A stretch of 64,000 nt of DNA from Takakia lepidozioides. Lineage: Eukaryota > Plantae > Bryophyta. Below are positions 25,761 through 35,545 of this stretch, piece by piece. Below the pieces are notes generated by a model. It saw only the letters and a program-made list of their open reading frames with translations. It was not told where the DNA came from and ran no database searches. Position 1 is the first letter of the stretch. Every line of letters begins with the position of its first letter. Location: NCBI GenBank assembly GCA_030704615.1, contig CM060733.1:744001-808000 (forward strand). Reading direction: 5' to 3'. A program made the translations under genes and the position numbers.

Positions 25761-26689
25761 AGTCAAGTGTTGCATACCTCATTCTCCAACTACAGATAGT
25801 CCTAGGAGATACTATGCAACAGTTAAGTTTGAAATCCAAAATCAACAGTTGGTCCAAGCCATCCTCTGTGTATCCTTGTCTATGACGCCAAGTCCTTCGA
25901 ATGAACCAATGCCACTTTCTTCTAAGGCTTTCGTGTCTGGGGTGTAATTCCTGTGTCAGATCACTGTCGTGAAATCAGTTCTGTGGCTGTCTTTGATAGT
26001 CCACCATAGAAATCACCCGTCCCCTCTTACTGGAGTCCTATCAAGCCGCCACTGTGTGTAGCCTGCACTCTTCAGGGATGCAGAATTGGAAAGAGAAATG
26101 CAAGCTCCTTTTTTGGTTTATTGTTACAACCTGTGCTAAGTCCAATACCTCAGATCCCTCTGATTACTTGTAAATGAAAACCTCCCTGCCCAGATATCAA
26201 GAAGATGGAGGGGTGCAAAATAAAGACGTCGACACATCTGCCTCGCAAATGTCTGAGACTGCTTCAGTGTCTGAGGCAGTTAAAGAATCACCACAATATG
26301 AGCTACAAAGGTCATGTAAGACAATGAGCAAAACCGTCGTCATGATCGAGGAATTATCATATCTCCAAATGCCCTCGCATGTATCTTCCTGTCATTCGCT
26401 GCCTCTGTAGAAATGCTACCATAAAGCCCTTTCCAAATCATAGGATCCGCAGCTGCAAGCGATTGATTTCAAGCAGACTTGCAGGGCATGTACCAATCCC
26501 AGCGGAGAATCCTGATTTAATAGCCAGAGGAGGAAGAAGGGAGAAAGACGATATGCTTTTTCTACTTGCGCTTCCAACAGACATTCACGTTTTTGCACCA
26601 ACGAGCTAACTTGCAGAATTCAACCTGTAAATTTAGGGACGACTCTGATAACAGGAAAACAGGCTGAAACGTGTTGAAGAAGGTGCTCA

Positions 26690-27370
26690 TAGGGCTCCAA
26701 AGCCTCCATCCCGCGCCCTTGCTATGCATATCCTACAGACATCGCACTCCACGACACCACATCTCGTTCAGCCATACTGTTGAACACTCCCTTTACACCC
26801 TCGATGCACCCACATTTTGCATACATGTCCACGAGAGTACTGTTCAGAATGACATCGGGTACAATTCCAGCTCTGACAATGTCACCATGGACCTCTTTGC
26901 CCTTTTCCAAGGCTGCCAGGCTTACGCATGCATTGCAAATGCAATCAAACGTGATGTGGTCGGGCTTCACCCCTTCCGCCATCATTTGATCGTAGGTCTC
27001 CAAAGCCTTCTTCCTGTGGCCTTACTGTGCATACCCCGTAAGCATCGTTCAGCCATACTGTTGCAAACTCCCTTCACATCCTCGATGCACCCACATTTCA
27101 CATACATGTCCACGAGGGTGATATTGCAAACTTAAACGAACCTGACCAGGTCTGGCTTCACCCCTTCCCGCATTATTTACTCATACGTCTCCGAAGCCTC
27201 TATACCACGCCCCCACTGTGCATATCCTCGCCCTTCCTACATCATTTGCTTAAGAATAAGCTCAAGAAAGCTGCATCAGTGCTCAAGAATAGGTCGCAAA
27301 GCCTCAACCCCACGCCCCTGCATTGCATATCCTGCAATCATCCCATTCCATGACATAAGTTCTCCCTGCT
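26690..27370 (-). pseudogene. PLS-class pentatricopeptide repeat gene fragment
   Basis: GVKPDHITF..ICNACVSLAALEKGKEVHGDIVRAGIVPDVILNSTLVDMYAKCGCIE...ERDVVSWSAM, plus further broken repeats upstream. Confidence 0.85.
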
Positions 27371-27479
27371 TCGGCTCGATACTGCGAAAACATATGGTAG
27401 CGCGGGAGACAAAAAGAGGCTAAGTCCCAGCCCTATGTGTTCACGGCTGAACGTGGGCAACCCTAAAGCAATTTTTTTA

Positions 27480-27955
27480 ATTTTTTAATTTTTTGCACTG
27501 TGTCATTCCATTGACACAAGCGTTTTGTTAAAGATAGATGGATGAGGTCATCCAATGGATGAACCCATTCATGTATATGCCTTAAGATGCCACGTGTAGT
27601 GATGTAGTCATATAAACATAGTTGTGAAACCTAATGTAGTCATGTAGTCATAAGCTTCTATGGCACGTCATCAATGTGTAGTAGTGGTGTAGCCATTTAG
27701 TCATAAGCTTATATGGCATGTGTCTGACGTGTAGTATTGCGTATGACTACTAATTATATAAACTAAGCATGTGTTCTTGGTCAACAATGTTTGACCACAG
27801 CTCCTAGTCATGTAGTAACATGTATGACTTCATTAGATTAAAATATATTAAAATGCGCCCAACAATGGGTTTTATCACTATGTAGTCACATATATAGTCA
27901 TGGTTACCAAGGTTTATATTACCCGTAGTCATAAAAACGACAATCTGTACTAGTG
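27480..27955 (+). mobile_element. Second right end of the GTAGTCAT-repeat CACTA-type family
   Basis: GTAGTCAT repeats; terminus CACTAGTACAGATTGTCGTTTTTATGACT (minus strand) at 27955 truncates the MTase exon right after WRGAREKSPAFMQT. Confidence 0.75.
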
Positions 27956-28314
27956 TCTGCATGAACGCGGGCGACTTCTCCCGGGCACCTCTCCATGGAA
28001 TTCCTCCAGTCGTTTTCAGAGTCTGGGACGCATCCACATAGTTGTGAACAACATCAGATTCGACTGGGTCGCAATCTGGATCTATGTGCAGACCTCCTCC
28101 CCAAACGTCGAAATGCCCAACATAAGCAAGAGTGTCGTGACAGGCAAATGGCCTTGAATACATGGGTCTGCACCAGCAACAATGAAAATATGTCAGCAAC
28201 TATGGGTATTCAACGACAACACGGACGAAGACAATGAAAGTTACAGGAAATACCTTCTGCCCTGGAAACTCCCCCTTTGACAGAGGCAGTGTATTAACGC
28301 ATGTCCATATTTTC

Positions 28315-28342
28315 GGCGCTCTACCAACTGAGCTATATCCCC
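28315..28342 (-). other. 5' fragment of an organelle-type tRNA-Ala (not a complete tRNA)
   Basis: GGGGATATAGCTCAGTTGGTAGAGCGCC lies in a ~64-bp insertion that interrupts a copy-2 exon. Confidence 0.7.
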
Positions 28343-29589
28343 TGTACCCGGGCTTAGCTTACTTGTCGATATGCAGAAAAAAATTGGAACCTAGAGGACT
28401 TCATGTAGCTATGAAGAATCCGGCGGGATGCCATGTCATCAGATTGAAATATCAGAAGGCCCCCTGCGTCAGAGAGGAACTTGTTGCAGAAAGAGAATGC
28501 ACACTGCCAATACAGAGGGTTTTGAGCATTCCACTGTGGAGTCACAGCAAGGGGAATGATATCAAGCACAGGCTGCCCATCCGGGATGTCAAGGATTACA
28601 AGGTCAGCGGCCTAAGGCTGATGGACACCGTTCACCCAGCATGGATTCTTCGTCACCTGCCAAAAGCAAATGCAAGCGAATCAAATTGGGTGGTTGGTGT
28701 ACATTTAGGGAACTGGTAGTACAAAACACTGGTGGATTAAGATGTCGTTGATGACATCTTAATCCAGCAAATCCAACACCCCACAATGTCATGAAATGGG
28801 AATCAAAGTTGAAAGATGCATGGGCATTACCAGGGTGAGGAAAGAGCAGAGATGGTCCCATGCAGGAGATTTGACCCCTGTGAATGTGGACTTCCTGGAC
28901 TCCATCATACGCAGGAAGCTGACGTTTGTCGTACGTTTTCCGCTGGAAGTGCGGACCCACTACTCTGGAGATACAAAGTCGGGCTTCGTAAGGTCGTTTC
29001 CCTGTCCTGTGGTTAGTCCTTTCATCAGCTGTCACGGAAATCTGCTGGACCTCTGTACGCACAATGCGATCATCTGCCTGTGGGCGATCAAGAACTGCCC
29101 CAGCAGTCCCTGCAGGCCCCCAGAATCAACGGCAGCCGCAGCACCGGCAGACCCACCTGCCTCCGCAGTCTGTGTCCCTTTGTTTTTCTTCTTCCCACCC
29201 GCGGGGGTGGCCGTCTTTGCTGGCTCCTTCTTACTTAGATGCGCAAGGAACCTAGCCTGCAACTCCTCATCTGTCCGGGGTGCCAAGGCACCTGCATTCT
29301 CATTCTGATTCCTCAAGACGTTCTCCTCCCACGGAGTGGACTGTCGAGGGCAGTCGAGGTACCACCCGCAGTCGCGGTAATAAGCCCGACCCCAGTCCTT
29401 CACAATTCCCGCAGTGAACATAGTGGTGTCGTCGTCTGGGTTCGCCCATCCACAAATAAAATCCGGATCATCAGTGAGAGCCTTATCTGGAATAAGAACG
29501 AAGTGAAAGTACCTGCATCCACCACAGTGTTCCTCCTCAGAGCATATATCCCCACAGACCACAAGAACTCACCTGTTCACTGCAGATTT

Positions 29590-30058
29590 GCAGACGACAT
29601 CTTAAACTCCAAGAACTTGAACAAAAATTGAAGAGCTACAGACCAATAGAAAGCAGACATGCTCAAAGAGAGCCCAAAGAGCCCAAAGAGAGCCCAAAGA
29701 GCAGCCATTTAAGATGTCGTCAACGCCATCTTAAATCGACCCCTACGCACATGGTATTTTTTTGTTGTCTGACAAAAAATGACTTGTTGGACTACAAAAA
29801 GATGCCTCTTTTAAGATGTCGTTGACGACATCTTAAATTGCAGGAAGCACAACAAAACAATGAAGACCTGCAGATGAACAAGAAACAGATGTGTGCAACT
29901 GTTCAACTTTGAAGAGCCCAAAGGACACCGATTTAAGGTGTCGTCAACGCCATCTTAAATCGACCTACTTCATACATGGAATTCTGTGTTTAGTATCGAA
30001 AAATTGCTATTTGCACTATAGACAATGCCGTTTTAAGATGTCGTCAACGACATCTTAA
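29590..30058. repeat. Intronic palindrome array TTAAGATGTCGT(CA/TG)ACG(A/C)CATCTTAA
   Basis: Copies at 29707, 29810, 29929 and 30033, a half copy at about 29593, and one more at 28733-28766 in the next intron. Confidence 0.9.
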
Positions 30059-31109
30059 TGTAGTGCCATCAACATAAAAAACAGTACCTGTACATAACTT
30101 GGGGGATGCTAGAGTGTGAGCCTAGCCACGTGAGCCCAGGACACGTGGCATGATTTTGAGAAAGATGTGGCGTCTATTTCCGTGGAAGAGGATCCATTAC
30201 CGCAGAAACACGTCTTCATCCATATTAACCCTGCAACCCCAAACAGAAACCCTAACCCTTGTCAGCCTTAGGGACCCACCTCAACCCCGACAGTGAACCT
30301 CGCCATCCTGCCCCTGTGCATGATACTGCGCACTGACATCATCCTTGGGACCATCCATGCATGCAACATCCATCCACAGTGTACATCCAATCGGGGTTCA
30401 TCCATCCAAAAACATTCATCCTCCATCCATCCAACCAAATATTGGTGTGATGGCATATGTCGAATGACTGTCTACTGGACTATGCACATATTCATCTCTG
30501 TTGAAAAGCATTTATTGAATGCACACGGTTGAATTGGAGAGCAATGTTTAGAAGGAAAACACTTTCAAATTCGCAGGATGCGGGGGAGAAAATGTTTCAA
30601 TTCAGGGATGTGAATTTCATTGTAGTCCGTGCTCATTACAACGGATGGTGGGAAGAGAAATGGTGGTGCAACTGAAAACGGAGAGTGTGTCCCCTCATGT
30701 TCCATAAATAAATGCCCTCAAGTACATCCGTAGGTAGTGTCAACACTACTACTGCTACCACCTGAATCTGCTGAACTACTAGAAGTACTGCTACCACCTG
30801 AAACTGGTGCACTATCATCTATGAAGACCTTTGCACGGAGGTGCCTGAGCGTCTTCCTGGAACTCCAACGCAAGGGTAGGGGAGAAAGCACAGCTGCTTG
30901 CACATGAGCAATGCCTACCGCGTAATCAGGAAGGACATAATTAGGAGGTGGGCTCCAGCACAAGTCCCTCAAGTATATGGAAGACAGGGGCCACGAGAGT
31001 GCGCTCACATTCCTACAATCAGAAATGCACCATTTGGGTAACAATCAGACAACAGAAGGAGACTCGACAGAGCATATACACAGGGATCAAATAGACAGAA
31101 AATGAACTT

Positions 31110-32025
31110 ACTTACATGAAAAGTCATTGTCCAGGTCCTTGTCGTCTCCATCGAGGATATCAATTTGCGCAATGACATCCTTGACATTGGAGGTAGACGC
31201 GCCCCCTTGCAACACGCGAGGAGGCCAGTGAAAATATCTGCATCTCCTTCCATCCCAAACAAGTGCCTGCCACCTGCCTTGCAAGCATGGTAAGAAGCGT
31301 CTGCAAGAGACAGATTGAAGGAATTAGAGTTTTAGAATATTGAGTAAAGAAGGTGCAGAAGAAAAGAAATCGATGACAAAGGCAAGAAGAGAAACCTGTG
31401 CCGAGAGTGAGATCTATGATGCGGGCCCTGGTCGAGAACAACTCTCAACGATCGTTTGGATAAAAGTCGGGTTTTTTTCATGGGCCCCTCTCCAAGGCGT
31501 TCCATTTGGCTTTCGCTAACATACGTTGGAGTCGACATAGTTATAGTGCATGTCGTCGACGACAGGATCGAACCTCTCGTTTATGAAACATCCTCCCCCA
31601 TGAAGCTCGAACTCCACCACTGTGGTGGGAGTCGACAGTGGATGTACCCTCACGAGACAGACGGCCTCAAATAGATGGGTCTGCAACGAAGAGGATAATA
31701 ATTAGTGATGAATGTTTCATAGCACATTTGGGTGGGAGTGCAGACCCATTCCGGATGGAACTGGTTCAGAGTCATTGCTCATGCAACACCATAACTGAGT
31801 GCGCTGAAGCACTCAATTCAGGCAGTGCGAACAACATGACTTCATAACATTCAGTACAGTGGAACTTCAACAGAGAAGGCATAAAAACAAAGTATTTGAA
31901 ACCCACCTTCTGCCCTGGGCAATCCCCCTTCATCAGATATAGGCTGTTGACACAGTTCCAGGTCTTGATAATCCGCATCCCCCAGGCTTTCAAGTAGCTT
32001 GCCAGCTCCCGACGACATCTCATCG
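31110..32025 (-). pseudogene. ParB-MTase-like gene, copy 3 (C-terminal MTase motifs X-I-II-III)
   Basis: RRELASYLKAWGMRIIKTWNCVNSLYLMKGDCPGQK | THLFEAV..DPVVDDMHYNYVD..PWRGAHEKNPTFIQTIVESCSRPG-(frameshift)-ARIIDLTLGT | ASYHACKAGGRHLFGMEGDADIF. Confidence 0.72.
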
Positions 32026-32268
32026 TGACAGATTGTATGATAACAAAAAAAAATAAAAAATATATATTTATTTTTGGTTCCCTCTCCTCCCCCCACCCCC
32101 GGGAGAACTGAGTGCGTCAACGCACTCAATTTCTTCATGATCATGATTTCAGGATGATCATCGACGACAGGTGCGGGTCCGGATTTTCACCCCGGGTACC
32201 CAGCGGGTTTTGCCCCCCCCCCCCTCGTACGTCAACACACTCAATTTTTTCATTATCATGCTTTCAGG

Positions 32269-32802
32269 ATGATCATTGATGAACTGGAGATTGGCAAGTT
32301 GGAGGACGCTGGCTTTCGTCTGCACCGATCTGTGGCGTCGACTCTTGGTGGCCTTGCTGCTATGGTGCCTCCTCCAGACGATACTTCGCATCCCACGAGA
32401 AAGAATGGCAAAACAGTGCAGCGGGTGGCTTCGGGGCTTGATCACGATGCGAAGGTGGAATCGGCCAAACTAATTCTGGCTCGGGTAATCGGAACTATGG
32501 AAGTACCTTCACCTAGGTATGGACGGGTTTATACTTTGGTCACATCTGGGTCTATTTTGTACGACAGGGCCTATCAGGTGATGGTGGGAAATTTTCCGGG
32601 GTGTACCTGTCCCGACTTCGTGTGCATGCATGAGGAAGCTCTAGGAAAGAGAGGGAAATGGGTTCCCTGCAAGCATCTTTATTACATCTTTTTGCGCAGG
32701 ATGTATTCTGATCCCAAAAGAGACCAAATCATTCACCAAACGACACTAGGTCCTGGTGAGGTACGGACACTTTTGCAGCAAGACATTGGCAATATCCAGT
32801 AA
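32269..32802 (+). CDS. SWIM zinc-finger exon (probable last exon of a transposon-associated gene)
   Basis: YQVMVGNFPGCTCPDF-x15-CKHLYYIF fits CxC...CxH SWIM. Preceded by a TTTCAG acceptor that is duplicated at about 32147 and 32262. Confidence 0.7.
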   Translation: MIIDELEIGKLEDAGFRLHRSVASTLGGLAAMVPPPDDTSHPTRKNGKTVQRVASGLDHDAKVESAKLILARVIGTMEVPSPRYGRVYTLVTSGSILYDRAYQVMVGNFPGCTCPDFVCMHEEALGKRGKWVPCKHLYYIFLRRMYSDPKRDQIIHQTTLGPGEVRTLLQQDIGNIQ

Positions 32803-33019
32803 TGTTGCATATGTTGCAATTTTTTGCTATGTCAGAAAGGGCTGCCTTGTTTGTAGAACATATATACACAGTTCTTAAATCTGGACAAGCAGGCGATGTC
32901 TCGTTATGAAAGGTAGTTTATTTTTTCATCGAGTTTGGTTAACGAGCCTCTAAAATTGAGTGCGTCAACGCACACCACTTCTGCCCCCACCCCCAATATT
33001 GCCCCGGGCCAAAAATAAA

Positions 33020-33065
<46 letters not shown>

Positions 33066-33149
33066 TTCGAGGCCCTGCCAAACATGGACAAGTGTCAGTA
33101 TGAAAGCTCATTTTATTTTTTCACGGCCTCTACAGAAGCATTGCGTAAA

Positions 33150-34545
33150 TGAGCTTCATGATGACCATCTGTTTTTTTTTCCCACTTCTTCTTGAATAGC
33201 AGACATCTGAACAAGTTTCACAATGACAGCTCATTTGTTTTCCACGTCCTCTATACAAACAAACCCTAAATAAGCATTCACGATGACCATATGATTTTTT
33301 TTTCACCTCTTCTTCAATAACAGAAACCTGAAGAAGTTTGACAATGATAGAACTCAAGTTTTTTTTTCTCCTCTTCTTCACAAACAAACCCTAATTTATT
33401 CATGATGACATCTGATTTTTTATTCACCTCTTTGTCATCAACAGAAACCTGAACAAGATTGACAATGATAGAGCTCAATTTTTTTCACCTCTCCTTCACA
33501 AACAAACCCTAAATAAGCATTCATGATGACCATCTGATTTTTTTTCACCTCTTCTTCAATAACAGAAACCTGAAGAAGTTTGACAATGGTAGAGTTCAAG
33601 TTTTTTTTCACCTCTTCTTCACAAACAATCCCTAATTTATTCCCTAAATAAGCATTCATGATGACCATCTGGTTTTTTGTTCACCTCTTCTTCAATAACC
33701 GAAACCTGAAGAAGTTTGACAATGATAGAGCTCAACTTTTTTTTTCACCTCTTCTTCACAAACAAACCCTAAATAAGCATTCATGATGACCATCTAATAT
33801 TTTTTTTACCTCTTCTTCAATAACAGAAACCTTAACAAATTTGAGAATGAGAGCTCAATTTTTTCACCTCTTCTTCACAAACAAACCCTAAATTAACATT
33901 CATAATGACCATCTGATTTCTTTGTTCCTCTTCTTCTTCAATAACAGAAACCTGAACAAGTTTGACAATGATTTTTTTTTCACCTCTTCTTCAATAACAG
34001 AATCCTAAACAAGTTTCACAAGGATAGCTCAATGTTTTTTTTTACCTCTTCTTCACAAAGACACCCTAAATAAACAATCACAATGACCATGTGTTTTTTT
34101 TTCACCTCATCTTCAATAACATAAACCTGAACAAGTTCCACAATAAACCCCTCATTTTGTTACACATCTTCTTCACAAACAAAGCCTAAATAAGCTTGAA
34201 GATGACCATCTATTTAATTTTCACCTCATCTACATTAACAAACACCATTGCCTGTTTCACAATGAGGGGTCATATTTTGGGGCCTGTTCTCGCCCATCCT
34301 CATTATTTTTAGCCTCTCCTTCAATATTTCATCCATCCATCCATCATCCATCCACCATGGATGAAATACTGGAAACGTCAGATAGCTTGACAATGAGCAT
34401 CCAAACTTTCTTGCCTCTTGTTCATGCAAGAATCCCTAAGTAAGATTCATGATGACTCACCCAACCTTTTTTTTTCACCTCTTCTTCAATAAGAAAACCT
34501 CAATAAGTTTCACAATGACCATTCCATTATTTCTATACCTCTTTT
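33150..34545. repeat. ~120-bp tandem satellite (two related ~60-bp subunits)
   Basis: About 10 units of TTTTTCACCTCTTCTTCAATAACAGAAACCTGAA.AAGTTTGACAATG...TCACCTCTTCTTCACAAACAAACCCTAAATAAGCATTCATGATGACCATC; interrupted at about 34240-34430. Confidence 0.9.
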
Positions 34546-34744
34546 TTCAAGCGCTATAACTACTTCCATGACAATATGACCCTCTCTAAACAGAGACTCG
34601 GGTATGGGGCCTGCTTCTTCCTCCACTAAACCCCTGGGCTCACGCTTAGAGGGCAAAGCGTGAGCCGAGCTCTTGGGCTCACACGGCTAGGCTCATGTCG
34701 TAGCTGCACTCTACATAACTCGTTTCATTGCCTGCTCCCCGTTA

Positions 34745-35545
34745 TACTGATGGTCGAAGTCCTGCAAGCGCAGTATGCCCCCTTCCTTCTCAAACTCACG
34801 AAAAAATGCATTGCTGGGGCGCCAAGATTTGGAGCGGGTTGGCTCCATCGACTTGGTAGTGGCTGGTTGGCCCTGCCAAGGGCATTCATCAGCCGACATG
34901 ACAACGGATTGCGAGACTCGAGGTTGGGTCTGTTTTGGGAGATGGTGCAGATTTTGCGACACTTAGAGCTTCATCAAGCTGTATCTCTAGCATATATCTT
35001 GGAGAATGTGCCACTGATGGGTAATACTCCGGGCAATGTAATGGCCAGTGTGCATCAAGTCCGGTCGTGGCTTGGGTCAGCAGTATTGTTGGATGCAGCT
35101 GCAGTGGGGTCACAGGCTCATCGTCCACGGTTATGGTGGACCAACTTGATGCCACCACCACTACTCAAGCGTGCATATGATGGGGTGTAATGGCTAGCAC
35201 ATCTCACAATGGATAACATCTTGGACATAGGGAGGCAATCTCGGCGTGTGAGACACGATGACCGTTCGCCTTTAGCAGTGGTCAACAAGGTGGGTCAATC
35301 ACGAGCCGCACTACCTACACTGCTCAGCTTCCCAGGATCGCATGCTTTCTCGGATAGTGGATCTGGCCTCCTGTGGGATGCCCAGTTGTAGCAGTTAGTG
35401 GAGCCCAATGCCAATGAGTGTGAGCGGGCAATTGGATTTACCACTGGTACCATGGCGGTGCCATCTCTTTTTGAGGCATCACGTCGTCAGGTGTTGGGGC
35501 AAGCAATGGATCTCAATTGCTTGACCTGGATTATCAGCTTGGCTA
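34745..35545 (+). pseudogene. C5-cytosine DNA methyltransferase domain within a gypsy polyprotein
   Basis: IDLVVAGWPCQGHS (motif IV, PCQ at 34871-34879); LFWEM; YILENV (VI); LDAAAVGSQAHRPRLWWTNL (VIII); EP...ECERAIGF (IX); RRQVLGQAMD (X). Motif I not found. Confidence 0.85.

Larger units (their letters stand above)
27956..30130 (-). pseudogene. ParB-MTase-like gene, copy 2 (central part)
   Basis: RYFHFVL..PDF..WANPDDDTTMFTAGIVKDW..YLDCP..; MMESRKSTFTGVKSPAWDHLCSFLTL; AADLVILDIPDGQPV..W..YW..F...FLSDAGGLLIF; KIWTCVNTLPL.KGEFPGQK; DPVESDVVHNYVD..PWRGAREKSPAFMQT. Introns match copy 1 in position and phase. Confidence 0.7.

Noticed and set aside
28315-28342. Functional tRNA-Ala gene
   Set aside because: Only the acceptor 5' strand and D-arm are present; no anticodon arm, T-arm or 3' acceptor.
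34637-34690. Helitron 3' end (11-bp stem GGCTCACGCTT/AAGCGTGAGCC then CTAG)
   Set aside because: CTAG is about 20 nt downstream and is not followed by T; no Helitron coding or 5' end was seen.
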